Shown here: piece after piece, positions 10,363 to 19,818 of the stretch
How positions within the stretch are numbered: position 1 is the first letter of the stretch
How the letters are laid out: the number at the start of each line of letters is the position of its first letter
Made by a program: the position numbers and the translations under genes
Notes under the pieces: generated by a model
The model's input: only the letters and a program-made list of their open reading frames with translations
The model's database searches: none
What the model was told of the DNA's origin: nothing
Origin: an uncultured delta proteobacterium
GTDB taxonomy: Bacteria > Desulfobacterota > BSN033 > UBA1163
Assembly (NCBI GenBank): GCA_963827685.1
Contig: CAWHBU010000003.1
Coordinates: 704,001 to 768,000, forward strand
Length of the DNA: 64,000 nucleotides
Direction: 5' to 3'

Positions 10363-10454
10363 TCCTCCCCCTTGACGGGGGAGGATTGAGGTGGGGGTGG
10401 ATTGAGATAGTGTTCTCCCCCTCACCCTCGCCCTCTCCCACGAGGGGAGAGGGA
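10363..10454. repeat. REP-like double hairpin
   Basis: TCCTCCCC..GGGGAGGA followed by CCCCCTCACCCTCGCCCTCTCCCACGAGGGGAGAGGG. Confidence 0.65.
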
Positions 10455-10495
10455 ATAATCTGTCTTTTTTCTAAATAAGGGAAAGGAGTTCAGGG

Positions 10496-11494
10496 ATGAA
10501 AATCTATTATGACAAGGATGCAAATCTCAGTAGCCTGAAGGGAAAAAAGATTGCGATTATCGGCTATGGGAGCCAGGGGCATGCCCAGGCTCAAAATCTG
10601 CGAGATAGCGGTCTCAATGTGATCGTTGCCGAAATGAAGGGAACTGAGAATTATCAGTTTGCCCTCCAAGATGGCTTCAAGCCGATCAGCGCCTCGGAGG
10701 CATCGAAACAAGCCGATCTTATTCAAATCCTCACCCAGGATGATGTCCAGGCCAAACTCTATGAAATGGACGTTAAGCCCAATCTTCCAAAAGGGAAAAC
10801 CCTCTTGTTCTCTCATGGATTCAATATCCACTTTGGCCAGATTGTTCCTCCCAAAGAAATCGATGTGGTGATGATCGCCCCGAAAGGTCCCGGCCATTTG
10901 GTGCGAAGAGAATTTCAAAAGGGAGCGGGCGTCCCGTCATTAGTGGCTATTTATCAGGATTTCTCAAAGAAGGCCAGGCAGACGGCCCTGGCTTATGCCA
11001 AAGGCATCGGTGCCACTCGAGCCGGCGTGATTGAAACCACCTTTAAAGAGGAGACCGAAACAGACCTCTTTGGAGAGCAGGCGGTTCTCTGTGGAGGGGT
11101 GACCGAACTCATCAAGGCAGGCTTCGATACACTGGTGGAGGCCGGATATCAGCCGGAGATCGCCTATTTCGAGTGTCTCCACGAATTGAAACTCATCGTG
11201 GACCTGATTTATGAGGGAGGAATTCCCTTCATGCGTTACTCCGTCAGCGATACGGCCGAATACGGCGACCTGACACGAGGGAAGCGGATCATCACCTCGG
11301 AAACCCGTGAGGAGATGAAGCGGATGCTCAAGGAAGTACAGACGGGAAGTTTTGCAAAGGAATGGATTTTGGAAAATCAGGTAAGGCGCCCCATGTTCAA
11401 TGCCTTGAGGAAGAAGGAAGCTGAGCATCCGATCGAAGAGGTCGGGAAGAAATTGCGGTCCATGATGGGTTGGCTCCAAGAGAAGAAAAAGTGA
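10496..11494 (+). CDS. ilvC: Ketol-acid reductoisomerase
   Basis: [46 protein letters not shown]. Confidence 0.98.
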   Translation: MKIYYDKDANLSSLKGKKIAIIGYGSQGHAQAQNLRDSGLNVIVAEMKGTENYQFALQDGFKPISASEASKQADLIQILTQDDVQAKLYEMDVKPNLPKGKTLLFSHGFNIHFGQIVPPKEIDVVMIAPKGPGHLVRREFQKGAGVPSLVAIYQDFSKKARQTALAYAKGIGATRAGVIETTFKEETETDLFGEQAVLCGGVTELIKAGFDTLVEAGYQPEIAYFECLHELKLIVDLIYEGGIPFMRYSVSDTAEYGDLTRGKRIITSETREEMKRMLKEVQTGSFAKEWILENQVRRPMFNALRKKEAEHPIEEVGKKLRSMMGWLQEKKK

Positions 11495-12138
11495 TGGGAC
11501 AGAATCAATGGCACATTGCTAAAGAAGGGCTTCCCTTCTTTATCCCCATGGTTCTCTTAACGATTATTCTTGGGATCGTGGGGTGGAAGGTTTGGATGTT
11601 TCTGGGAATCCTTCTTTCTCTGTTCATCGCCTATTTTTTTAGGAACCCGAGGAGAGAGATCCCAAACCTTCAGAACATCGTTCTCTCTCCAGCCGATGGC
11701 AGGGTCGTTCATGTCGGGGAATGCGAGGAAGATCGTTTTTTAAAGGAAAAAGCTTTAAAGATAAGTATTTTTATGTCCCTGTTCGATGTTCACATCAATC
11801 GGGCACCTGTTTCTGGAAAGATTCTCGAAAGAAATTATCTCCCGGGCCGATTTTTGGTGGCCAGTGTGGAGAAGTCATCCCTCCTCAATGAGCAAAATGC
11901 AGTGATCCTGGAAACCGAGGATCGGTTTAAAATCCTCCTGATCCAGATTGCAGGTTTTGTGGCAAGAAGGATTGTCTGCTATGCCAAGGCAGGCGATCTC
12001 TTGAGGAAGGGAGAAATCTTTGGCTTGATCCGATTTGGATCGAGGGTCGATCTCTACCTCCCCCTTGAAGTGAAACCTATTGTCAGGGTGGGACAGCATG
12101 TAAAGGGAGGGGAATCGATCATTGGGTATCGAGTATGA
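11494..12138 (+). CDS. psd: Phosphatidylserine decarboxylase proenzyme
   Basis: SPADG, IFMSLFDVHINRAP, RFGSRVD cleavage motif. Confidence 0.95.
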   Translation: MGQNQWHIAKEGLPFFIPMVLLTIILGIVGWKVWMFLGILLSLFIAYFFRNPRREIPNLQNIVLSPADGRVVHVGECEEDRFLKEKALKISIFMSLFDVHINRAPVSGKILERNYLPGRFLVASVEKSSLLNEQNAVILETEDRFKILLIQIAGFVARRIVCYAKAGDLLRKGEIFGLIRFGSRVDLYLPLEVKPIVRVGQHVKGGESIIGYRV

Positions 12139-12914
12139 AAAAGAAAAGAACACCCACGAAAATGAGAAGGGGAATCTACATCCTTCCTAATCTTCTCACG
12201 ACCGGTAATCTCCTGTGCGGATTCTGGTCGATCATCTCTGTGTTTCAGGAACGATTTTACCTTGCCGCGGTGGCCATCCTACTGGCAGCGGTTTTCGATG
12301 TCTTCGATGGAAAGGTGGCCAAGCTTTCAGGAGCCACTTCCAAATTCGGAATGCAGTATGACTCGCTGGCCGACCTCGTCTCCTTTGGAATCGCTCCGGC
12401 TCTGCTCGCCTTCAGCTGGGCGCTCAGGCCTTATGGAAAATTTGGCTGGCTGGCTGCTTTCCTTTTCGTAGCCTGCGGGGCAATCAGGCTGGCCAGGTAC
12501 AATGTGATGGCATCCACCGGAGAGACAAAGTATTTTAAGGGACTTCCCATCCCTGTCGCCGCGGCGATGATTGCCTTCACCATCCTTCTCTACTTCCAGT
12601 TGATTGAGACGGGCTGGGTCAAAGATATTGTAATCCTGGTGATGATTTACATCCTGGCCTTCTTGATGGTATCGAACATCCGGTACTTCAGCTTTAAAGA
12701 ACTCAATTTGGCCAAACGAAAACCGTTCAGCATTTTTATTTTTGTTGTCCTTTCGCTGGTTGTGATCGTCATGGAACCTGTTGTTGTCCTCTCTGGTTTC
12801 ATTCTCCTCTACGTCTTCTCTGGTCCAGCGAATATGGTGTTAGCATGGCACAAGAAGAAGGTTTTTAGAAAGATGGAGCCGATTCCAGAAGAGGATCGGG
12901 TGCTCCGTGGATGA
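12135..12914 (+). CDS. pssA: CDP-diacylglycerol-serine O-phosphatidyltransferase
   Basis: DVFDGKVAK...FG.QYDSLADLVSFG CDP-alcohol motif; adjacent to psd. Confidence 0.95.
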   Translation: MKKKRTPTKMRRGIYILPNLLTTGNLLCGFWSIISVFQERFYLAAVAILLAAVFDVFDGKVAKLSGATSKFGMQYDSLADLVSFGIAPALLAFSWALRPYGKFGWLAAFLFVACGAIRLARYNVMASTGETKYFKGLPIPVAAAMIAFTILLYFQLIETGWVKDIVILVMIYILAFLMVSNIRYFSFKELNLAKRKPFSIFIFVVLSLVVIVMEPVVVLSGFILLYVFSGPANMVLAWHKKKVFRKMEPIPEEDRVLRG

Positions 12915-12920
12915 TTTTGT

Positions 12921-12949
12921 TTGCCATCTTTCATATTTTTATGTAAATT
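12921..12949 (+). promoter_or_regulatory. Putative sigma70 promoter for tRNA-Asn
   Basis: TTGCCA-17 bp-TAAATT. Confidence 0.45.
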
Positions 12950-13121
12950 AATCTTCTAAAGATACCTCGGTAGCTTTTACCCGCCGGAGGGAGGCAATCG
13001 GCAGCAGCGCCAGGCAGGAATCATCAATAATCAAATAGCTTTAATACTGGGTTCATGTTTCGGTCATTGAAATTTGGTTATTGGGGATTATTGGGATTTG
13101 GTTATTGGAATTTTTACATAT

Positions 13122-13197
13122 TCCTCGGTAGCTCAATCGGCAGAGCGGGTGGCTGTTAACCACTAGGTTGCAGGTTCGAGTCCTGCCCGGGGAGCCA
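13122..13197 (+). tRNA. tRNA-Asn (GTT)
   Basis: TCCTCGG acceptor stem, anticodon arm GTGG CTGTTAA CCAC, GGTTCGAGTCC T-arm, encoded CCA. Confidence 0.97.
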
Positions 13198-13208
13198 GCA
13201 AACAATGA

Positions 13209-13236
13209 GGCCCGTACAAAAGTATGGGCCTTTTTT
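13209..13236 (+). terminator. Rho-independent terminator after the tRNA
   Basis: GGCCCGTAC-AAAA-GTATGGGCC followed by TTTTTT. Confidence 0.8.
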
Positions 13237-13378
13237 GTTTGCTGATTTTCCCTTTTGGAGGACTCGAAGCGAGGATTCCGCCGACCGATCAGGGAGGAAA
13301 AGCCCCACAAAGTGCTGCGACAGGAATCCGAAGGGGAGGTGACGCAGGGAGAAACAGGTTGTTTCGACCGTAGTGACC

Positions 13379-13461
13379 GAGTCCTACCCGGGGAGGCATT
13401 TCGAGAGCAAAAAGTAGCTTTGGTTTCTATTGTGTTATTGCAAGACCTGATCTTTTTGTTC
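13379..13461 (+). repeat. Degenerate tRNA-Asn 3'-end copy plus conserved downstream motif
   Basis: GAGTCCTACCCGGGGAGGCA has 2 mismatches to 13178-13197. The following AGTAGCTTTGGT...TATTGCAAGACCTGA block recurs at about 15005-15055. Confidence 0.8.
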
Positions 13462-13538
13462 TTTTTTCACAAATGTAGAGGCATTTGCCAATGGGCCAGA
13501 AAAAATCTTGACATACTAATCGTCATTTGTCATGATAT

Positions 13539-14717
13539 ATGACGACTATGGCGGCAAACGAAAAAACACCAAATGGCCCGGTCTACGTCGAGCGAGTTCT
13601 GAATCTCCCTTTTCTTCTTCAGAAAAAATCTCATTTCCTTTTCGGCCCACGGCAGACGGGGAAAACCTCTCTCATTCGTCATTCCCTGAAAGGAGTGAGG
13701 TCATATGATCTCCTCGACAACTCCGTATATCTGTCTTTAAGCCAGGATCCGGGCCGCATTGCCCAGGAAATCAACCCACGAGACAAAATCGTTGTCGTAG
13801 ATGAAATCCAGCGTTTGCCGGTCCTCCTCAACGAAGTCCACCGGCTGATAGAGGAACGTGGCATTCGTTTTCTTCTTACTGGATCCAGCGCACGGAAACT
13901 TCGGCGAGGTGGAGTAAACCTCTTAGGTGGACGGGCACGAACAAAATACATGCACCCCCTCACCTATCGGGAGCTTGGAAACCAATTTAATCTGTTCAAA
14001 GCCATCGAGCGAGGGCTTCTCCCTTCGATCTATCTCTCGGATGATCCCCATGCAGACCTTGAAGCCTATACGGGCTCCTATCTGCAGCAAGAGATCGTTG
14101 CCGAAGGGGTCACCCGTAATGTACCTGCTTTCAGCCGTTTTCTGAAAGTGGCTGCTCTGTGCAACGGCACGGTCGTGAATTTTACAAACGTCTCGAATGA
14201 TGCTCAAGTGCCCCGTACTACGGTTTACGAATATTTTGAAATCCTGAAGGATACGTTGCTCCTCTATGAACTCCCCTCATGGCGCAAATCAAAAAAGAGA
14301 AAGCCTTTGACCTCTTCCAAATACTATTTTTTTGATGTGGGGGTGGTGGCCACGCTTCAAGGTCGGCAGTTTCGGCCGGGCACTCCAGAATTCGGCGAGG
14401 CATTTGAGACGTATCTCATGCATGAACTGGTAAGCTACCGTGACTACATTTCCGGAGAGTCGCTGAGCTACTGGCGCTCCACTTCAGGATTTGAGGTTGA
14501 TTTCATTCTGGGTGATCATACGGCGGTAGAGGTGAAGGCAAAAGAAAATGTCTCGGCCAATGATTTGAAATCCCTTCGGGCCTTCGCTGAAGAAAAGAAG
14601 CTGAAACGTTATCTCTGCGTGAGCCTTGGACCACGCAGACGAAATCTGGAGAATGTGACCATCCTACCCTTTCGAGAATTCTTGGAAGCCCTCTGGAGTC
14701 GCGAATATTCGTCGTAG
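13539..14717 (+). CDS. AAA_14-type ATPase with DUF4143 and C-terminal restriction-endonuclease-like domain
   Basis: GPRQTGKT (Walker A), VVDEIQ (Walker B), LTGSSAR, KYYFFDVG, YWR...EVDF....VEVK. Confidence 0.88.
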   Translation: MTTMAANEKTPNGPVYVERVLNLPFLLQKKSHFLFGPRQTGKTSLIRHSLKGVRSYDLLDNSVYLSLSQDPGRIAQEINPRDKIVVVDEIQRLPVLLNEVHRLIEERGIRFLLTGSSARKLRRGGVNLLGGRARTKYMHPLTYRELGNQFNLFKAIERGLLPSIYLSDDPHADLEAYTGSYLQQEIVAEGVTRNVPAFSRFLKVAALCNGTVVNFTNVSNDAQVPRTTVYEYFEILKDTLLLYELPSWRKSKKRKPLTSSKYYFFDVGVVATLQGRQFRPGTPEFGEAFETYLMHELVSYRDYISGESLSYWRSTSGFEVDFILGDHTAVEVKAKENVSANDLKSLRAFAEEKKLKRYLCVSLGPRRRNLENVTILPFREFLEALWSREYSS

Positions 14718-14825
14718 TATCATGGGAGAACTCACTGATTGACGGGTGGCAGGAAATCCGCTCAAACCTCATCAAACAAGAAATCGAAAGAAGTCCCCCT
14801 CGAATTTACAAGTTCCCTTGTCGAG

Positions 14826-14845
14826 GAGTCCTGCCCGGGGAGCCA
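14826..14845 (+). repeat. Exact 20-bp copy of the tRNA-Asn 3' end (att-like core)
   Basis: GAGTCCTGCCCGGGGAGCCA is identical to 13178-13197. Confidence 0.9.
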
Positions 14846-15232
14846 TTTCGACGCGAAAGGGCAGTATCACTCCATTGATACTGTCCCTTTCTTGCTCAAG
14901 GCCTCCGACCGAGCACAAAGGATGGCGTCGAAATGGCCCTGAGCTTGCCTTGAGCTCGCCCCGAGCGTACTGAAGGGCGTGTCGAAGGGCTATTTCTGGA
15001 GGAAAGAGTAGCTTTGGTGTCCATTGTATTATTGCAAGACCTGACTCTTTTGTTCCAGAATAGAGAATTAAATAGCATAGTTGCCTTTTTGGAGTGATCC
15101 TATCCTTAAAATCCCAGATGAATAATTCTATACGAAGTTCGGAATATCCGATAGAAAATCAAATCGGCCATTTCTACATTAGTTAGTGGGCAGGGTTTGG
15201 TAACGTTCGTGATAAAAAATGGATCAATTTGA

Positions 15233-15592
15233 TTAGGCTTTTTGTGATGGACGCATAAATCCGACGAATATGAAATTGATTATTAATGTAACAATTGTCG
15301 CAAAGAAAGCCAATGAAATAGAAAAAGCTCCTTCCTTATGTTCCAAGCCAAAAATCATTGCAAGACAACTCTTTACTTCAGTTACAAGTAGAAATATTGT
15401 AGACATTACGGCCACTACAAGAACTATTGCCAAAGAAAGCCATCCGGGTTTTGAAGTGAATTCCGCCTTGCCACCCTTCTCTAATAACTTAAAAAGGCTG
15501 TAGGCTTTCTTATTGGCGATATATGCAATGACACTAAGAAGTAAGAGAAAACACAATATCATTATTACTGATTTTACAAGTTCCGAAGTCAC
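15233..15592 (-). CDS. Hypothetical membrane protein, 3 predicted TM helices
   Basis: Three hydrophobic stretches; GTGA overlap with the upstream gene; AT-rich. Confidence 0.75.
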   Translation of the reverse strand: MTSELVKSVIMILCFLLLLSVIAYIANKKAYSLFKLLEKGGKAEFTSKPGWLSLAIVLVVAVMSTIFLLVTEVKSCLAMIFGLEHKEGAFSISLAFFATIVTLIINFIFVGFMRPSQKA

Positions 15593-16068
15593 TTTTCTAT
15601 CTGCTTTCTTTGCTCAATTTTTACCATTGTATAGAAGCCAAGAGATGCAACCAAGAACAATATTGCCAAAAACGGGTTTATAATATGAACCTTTAGTAAA
15701 AATGAAATCAAAAGAGAAAAAATAGTTATAGAAACCCCAATAAGAGAGATAATTTCGATATTCGTCACGGCATTATATTTGATACAATCAATAATATTCA
15801 TGTTTTCTTCCTTAATGAACTTAATTATTTCAGACCGAGCTTTGCCCAACTCTTCAGTCATATGTTGACGGGTTTTGTGTGCTTCTTCTGTTGTTACAGT
15901 AACAACCGATTGTTGCAATAAATATAAATAACTATATATTTTCTCCTGTTCGGCCTTGCCCAACTTACGAATCAATTCTTCATACTTCTTATCTTCTATA
16001 GACTCCTCGGGTTTTTCGGGATAAATTTCAGATGAAGGACGATTGCTAATAAAAAGTTTTACAACCAC
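15589..16068 (-). CDS. Hypothetical protein with helical N-terminus and two C-terminal TM helices
   Basis: GGAG RBS inside the 3' end of the upstream gene; hydrophobic hairpin IISLIGVSITIFSLLISFLL / FLAILFLVASLGFY. Confidence 0.78.
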   Translation of the reverse strand: MVVKLFISNRPSSEIYPEKPEESIEDKKYEELIRKLGKAEQEKIYSYLYLLQQSVVTVTTEEAHKTRQHMTEELGKARSEIIKFIKEENMNIIDCIKYNAVTNIEIISLIGVSITIFSLLISFLLKVHIINPFLAILFLVASLGFYTMVKIEQRKQIEK

Positions 16069-16070
16069 TG

Positions 16071-16745
16071 TTACTCCTTTTTAAGAGTGGATTTGAAAAT
16101 ATCAAGTTGTTTCTTTGCCAACCGAAGCACGTTAATAAATCTATCGAAATCTGACTCGGTTATGACGAAATAATTGTATCTCCTACCTCCAGGCCCGTCT
16201 GTTGTTACTTCTAATGCAATTCCCGGGAAAAGGCTTGACACTCTTGTTGAATATGACTCTGGATTATCCTTTGCAGTAAATTCCTTCTCAAAAGATGGCA
16301 AAAGAAGACACCGAGTAACACATCTCCTATAAACACGTAGAACAGAGTTGTATAAATCAGCGGCTGTGTCAGCGTAAATTGCTTTTGATTTCTCTGAAAG
16401 TTTTTCATATCCAGTTTTTAGTTTATCAATAGCTTTGTCAGAAATGATGTCTAGGGTAACTAAATCGTCAATGAAATTTTCTAAACTATCATTATATTGA
16501 GATAGAAGCGAAGCAGTATATTCCAGAGTCCCAAATAAAGAATAAATCTTTTCCATGGGAAGATTCGCCTTTTGTGAAATTTCAAAGCGAACTTGTTCCT
16601 CTATTAATATATCTTTAGGGTCTCTTAATTTGGATAAATATTCCGCAATATTATCAATTTGCTCAAAAGTTATAGATTGGTAAACTTTAAGGTCTTCCTT
16701 GAATTTTTCCGGCAGAGTGGTTACTGCTATCGCTTTTGTCTTCAT
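16071..16745 (-). CDS. Hypothetical protein, putative prokaryotic COMMD-like
   Basis: ATG after GGGGA. About 130-aa helical N-domain, then three predicted beta strands and a long amphipathic helix (LFPGIALEV...YFVITESDFDRFINVLRLAKKQL). The CDS is solid; the fold call is a visual inference. Confidence 0.6.
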   Translation of the reverse strand: MKTKAIAVTTLPEKFKEDLKVYQSITFEQIDNIAEYLSKLRDPKDILIEEQVRFEISQKANLPMEKIYSLFGTLEYTASLLSQYNDSLENFIDDLVTLDIISDKAIDKLKTGYEKLSEKSKAIYADTAADLYNSVLRVYRRCVTRCLLLPSFEKEFTAKDNPESYSTRVSSLFPGIALEVTTDGPGGRRYNYFVITESDFDRFINVLRLAKKQLDIFKSTLKKE

Positions 16746-17082
16746 GTGATTCCCCAAATTATAGGTGTGAATTAATTAGAATCGGTGAGTTATATTTATA
16801 CAAAATATAAATTATTCTCTCTAAATTGTAAACATAATTTCTGAATTTGTCAAAAGTCTTAATTCTTAGACCATTTGTGAATTACAACTTTCTTACTTTG
16901 TTTATTCTCTGTTCCTAAGAGTAATGGATGACGGAAATCAAATTTACGAAAATTGTAATAAACTGGAATAGAAAAGTCAATAAATATTTGAAGCTTTTGG
17001 CCGTCAATCCGTTTTTAGTGGTACCGTGGTGTTCTTTATTCAAAAGCCTGTAGGGAAAGAAAATGAAGGAATCATTGGATCA

Positions 17083-17240
17083 GGGGTCGATTCTTCAATC
17101 GTCACATTTTCCAAGAAGCCCTTTGAATAAATTCTGAGCATTTCGATCATCGCTCAGCCGATCCCTCAATCTCCTTCACTCCTGGCTCACCGATCTATCA
17201 CCCACTCGGAAAAGCTCTCCTATCTCCGGCCTCTTAATCT
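17083..17240 (-). pseudogene. Relic 3' end of a REP-associated (Y1/RAYT-like) transposase with HTH tail
   Basis: Minus strand reads RPEIGELF.VG..SVSQE*RRLRDRLSDDRNAQNLFKGLLGKCDD* followed by GAAGAATCGACCCC. Confidence 0.5.
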
Positions 17241-18365
17241 TTACTTTACTAGTAAAAGAAAAACTCCTTGACAAACCTTTGGCAGAAAGTTAAACAACCA
17301 AAGAATGCGTTTCTGCTCATCCATTCATGAGGAGGAATTGGATGAAAGAGGGTCATCTTCCGCCGATTTGCTCGAAGAGGATTCGAATCTTATGCCAAAT
17401 GGGATTGATGGGATTGATTGTAGTATCTCTCATCCCCTTGGTGGTCAAGGACGTTTTTGCAGATGTTCCGACCAGCGGGGGGTCTAGTAGGCCTCAGATC
17501 TTATTCGTAAAAAATATGCAAGGAAACGAAATGATCGAAAATACAAACCTTTACGAGACAATATTCAAGCGGAAATCGGTCAGAGAATACGATCTGACTC
17601 CGCTTGATGGGCATACGCTCGCGGAGATTATGGCACATATGAGCGCTTTAAAGCCCATGTATGATGATATCAAAATCGAAATGAAACTTGTGTCGCAAAA
17701 GGATGTTAAGGGTTTTTTGTTGGCAAAAGCACCCCATTATCTTGCAGTATTTTCAGAAACTAAAGATGGATATTTAACGAATGTTGGTTTTATGCTGCAG
17801 CAGATGGACTTGTTCCTTTCGGCTAACGGTATCGGCAGCTGTTGGCAAGGAATGCCGAAACCGACAAAAGAAATATTGAACAGCTCAAAGCTTGAGTTTG
17901 TCATTTTATTAGCTTTTGGTAAGCCAAAAGAAAGATTGCATAGAGAAAGCGTTTCGGAATTCCAGAGAAAACCACTTGGGGAAATAACTAACATTAATGG
18001 CGCAGATGAGCTATTGGAACCTGCTCGCCTTGCCCCGTCTGCAATGAATCGTCAGCAGTGGTTTTTCACGGGCAACGCCAGCACCATTCATGCCTATCGC
18101 GCTAAATCAAGCTTTCTAACAGCCTTTATGTTTGAAAAGGTGAGCAAGGTTAGCATGGGTATTGCCATTTGCCACTTGTGGATAGCTGCAAAACACTTTG
18201 GTAAAGAAGTCGAATTCATATGTGATAAAGAGGCACAAAATAATCCGCCAGCCGGGCATTATTATGTTATCACTATAAAAATAAAATAAATTCTGAGCAT
18301 TTCGATCATCGCTCAGCCGATCCCTCAATCTCCTTCGCTACTGGCTCATTGATCTGTCACCCACT
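17126..18365. repeat. 81-bp direct repeats (17126-17206 and 18285-18365) flanking the nitroreductase gene
   Basis: AATAAATTCTGAGCATTTCGATCATCGCTCAGCCGATCCCTCAATCTCCTTC is identical in both copies; about 5 mismatches in the remainder by eye. Confidence 0.92.
17531..18289 (+). CDS. Nitroreductase family protein (TM1586-like)
   Basis: IFKRKSVREY, GIGSCW, ARLAPSAMNRQQW. The likely start is ATG 17531 after AAGGA; the ORF-track extension to 17327 looks like a fragment of another gene. Confidence 0.88.
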   Translation: MIENTNLYETIFKRKSVREYDLTPLDGHTLAEIMAHMSALKPMYDDIKIEMKLVSQKDVKGFLLAKAPHYLAVFSETKDGYLTNVGFMLQQMDLFLSANGIGSCWQGMPKPTKEILNSSKLEFVILLAFGKPKERLHRESVSEFQRKPLGEITNINGADELLEPARLAPSAMNRQQWFFTGNASTIHAYRAKSSFLTAFMFEKVSKVSMGIAICHLWIAAKHFGKEVEFICDKEAQNNPPAGHYYVITIKIK

Positions 18366-18409
18366 TTCAGCATGTTCTTATATGGCTTATCAACGATGAA
18401 GAACTAACC

Positions 18410-18718
18410 CTATTGACCCAACTCATGGTGCGTCAGCCCTTTAACAAGGTTACGTTGGGATTTGTATCGGGTCAAGACCCATGCTGGTTTGTCGGCATCT
18501 ATTATGAGGACAAAATAGAACTCTTTGACGCTGTCTGGGTGATTGAGATAGTGATACGCGGCCAGATCCAGATATCAAATGATCTGATCTCTTCGTACGT
18601 CATTAGTCCTCTTTGAGCTTACACGAGCAAGGTACTTCGCCTCAATGAAGATGATCCCATCCTTGTAGGAGATAGTGACGTCTACTTCTGAGATATCCTC
18701 TCGGTACTTCCGGCTTCT
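18410..18718 (-). pseudogene. PD-(D/E)XK-like nuclease fragment with an internal stop
   Basis: SEVDVTISYKDGIIFIEAKYL...RDQII*YLDLAAYHYLNHPDSVKEFYFVLIID; TGA at 18575-18577. Confidence 0.6.
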
Positions 18719-18721
18719 TTT

Positions 18722-19225
18722 TCACTTTGCCGATACGCCTAGACCCTGTAAGATCTCACGCATGTGGTCAATGTGAAACTGTATATGATACTCTCCCAAG
18801 CCCCCGAGGAAACCCCCCAGGGTCGGATATTCTCCCAGCGGCGAGTCTTTGAGCATGGGAATATACGCCTTCCGGTTGAGTTGATCTCCGGATAAGCCTT
18901 CCGCGAACTTGGAGATACCCTCATACTCCCGTTCAACCTCCGAGAGGAGTTGAGCAAAGGTCATTTGGGCACGCTTCTCCGAGTAAAAAGGAATCCCAGG
19001 GTTTATGTCGATCACGGGAGTCTCTCCGTCGAGAAAAGCCTGAAAGATCGGTAAGTGGCCAGAACCTTCCGGCCCCCAAAGGTGAGAAAGAATTTCTTTA
19101 GGAGACCATCGTCCCGCGGGCGCGCGGGAAGCTGTGCCCTCATCAAGCCCTGCACATACTTTCTTCAATTCATCGATCTTCCGGCGGATGCTTTGAGTTA
19201 ATTGAATCCCTGTTGAAGCTGCCAT
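18722..19225 (-). CDS. DinB/YfiT family protein
   Basis: [11 protein letters not shown] and H..FH.DH; AGGAGG RBS. Confidence 0.85.
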   Translation of the reverse strand: MAASTGIQLTQSIRRKIDELKKVCAGLDEGTASRAPAGRWSPKEILSHLWGPEGSGHLPIFQAFLDGETPVIDINPGIPFYSEKRAQMTFAQLLSEVEREYEGISKFAEGLSGDQLNRKAYIPMLKDSPLGEYPTLGGFLGGLGEYHIQFHIDHMREILQGLGVSAK

Positions 19226-19634
19226 ATCTGATTACCTCCTTTCCCGCTCTTTCTTCATTTGTCATTCTATAACTTAAACATAATCATTCCCTTCATTCTT
19301 TACAAAGTGACGTTGTCGGGACAACGCCGAGCGAACGTCGGCGGCTGCGGGTCGCCATCAGTGGTCCGCCCTACGATCGTCTAACCGGAAATTGTTGTCG
19401 AATTGGGTGCCAAACTTGTCGAATCCCATTATTAATCGAAATCTAAGAAGAAAACATTTACCGCTTTAAAAAGATCGACAAACCTTTCCGGTTTAAAACT
19501 AAACGTCATTGCTCCGACTTTTAGAATGATTGAATTTATCCAACTGTCGAATGTCCTAATAAGTCTTTGAATAATCTGGATAAATCAGGTTGAGGATGGC
19601 GCAAAAAATCTTTTGAAATCCTTTGAAAATGGAT

Positions 19635-19650
19635 TGGCATATGAGTTGCT
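19635..19650 (+). promoter_or_regulatory. Putative sigma54 (-24/-12) promoter
   Basis: TGGCAT-N5-TTGCT in an AT-rich intergenic region upstream of 19819. Confidence 0.55.
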
Positions 19651-19818
19651 TGCAGATACTTTACTGAATAAAACAGATAAAAAGAGGTAGGACCGACGAA
19701 AAAGGCAATGCTTGCATCAGGGCTGGTAGCTATGATGCTTCTTCATGTCTCATATGTCTGTTCACAAAATATTAATCTAACCTGATTATTGAAGTCTAAC
19801 AAGCATGGATTCTAAAAC

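Noticed and set aside
13255-13542. ORFs over the att-like modules (also 14739-15078)
   Set aside because: They overlap tRNA-end copies and REP hairpins and show no coding features.
19328-19387. Integron attC site upstream of the DinB gene
   Set aside because: GCGAAC-GTCGGCGGCTGCGGGTCGCC resembles one arm, but the complementary arm and a correctly placed GTTRRRY are missing, and there is no integron integrase or array.
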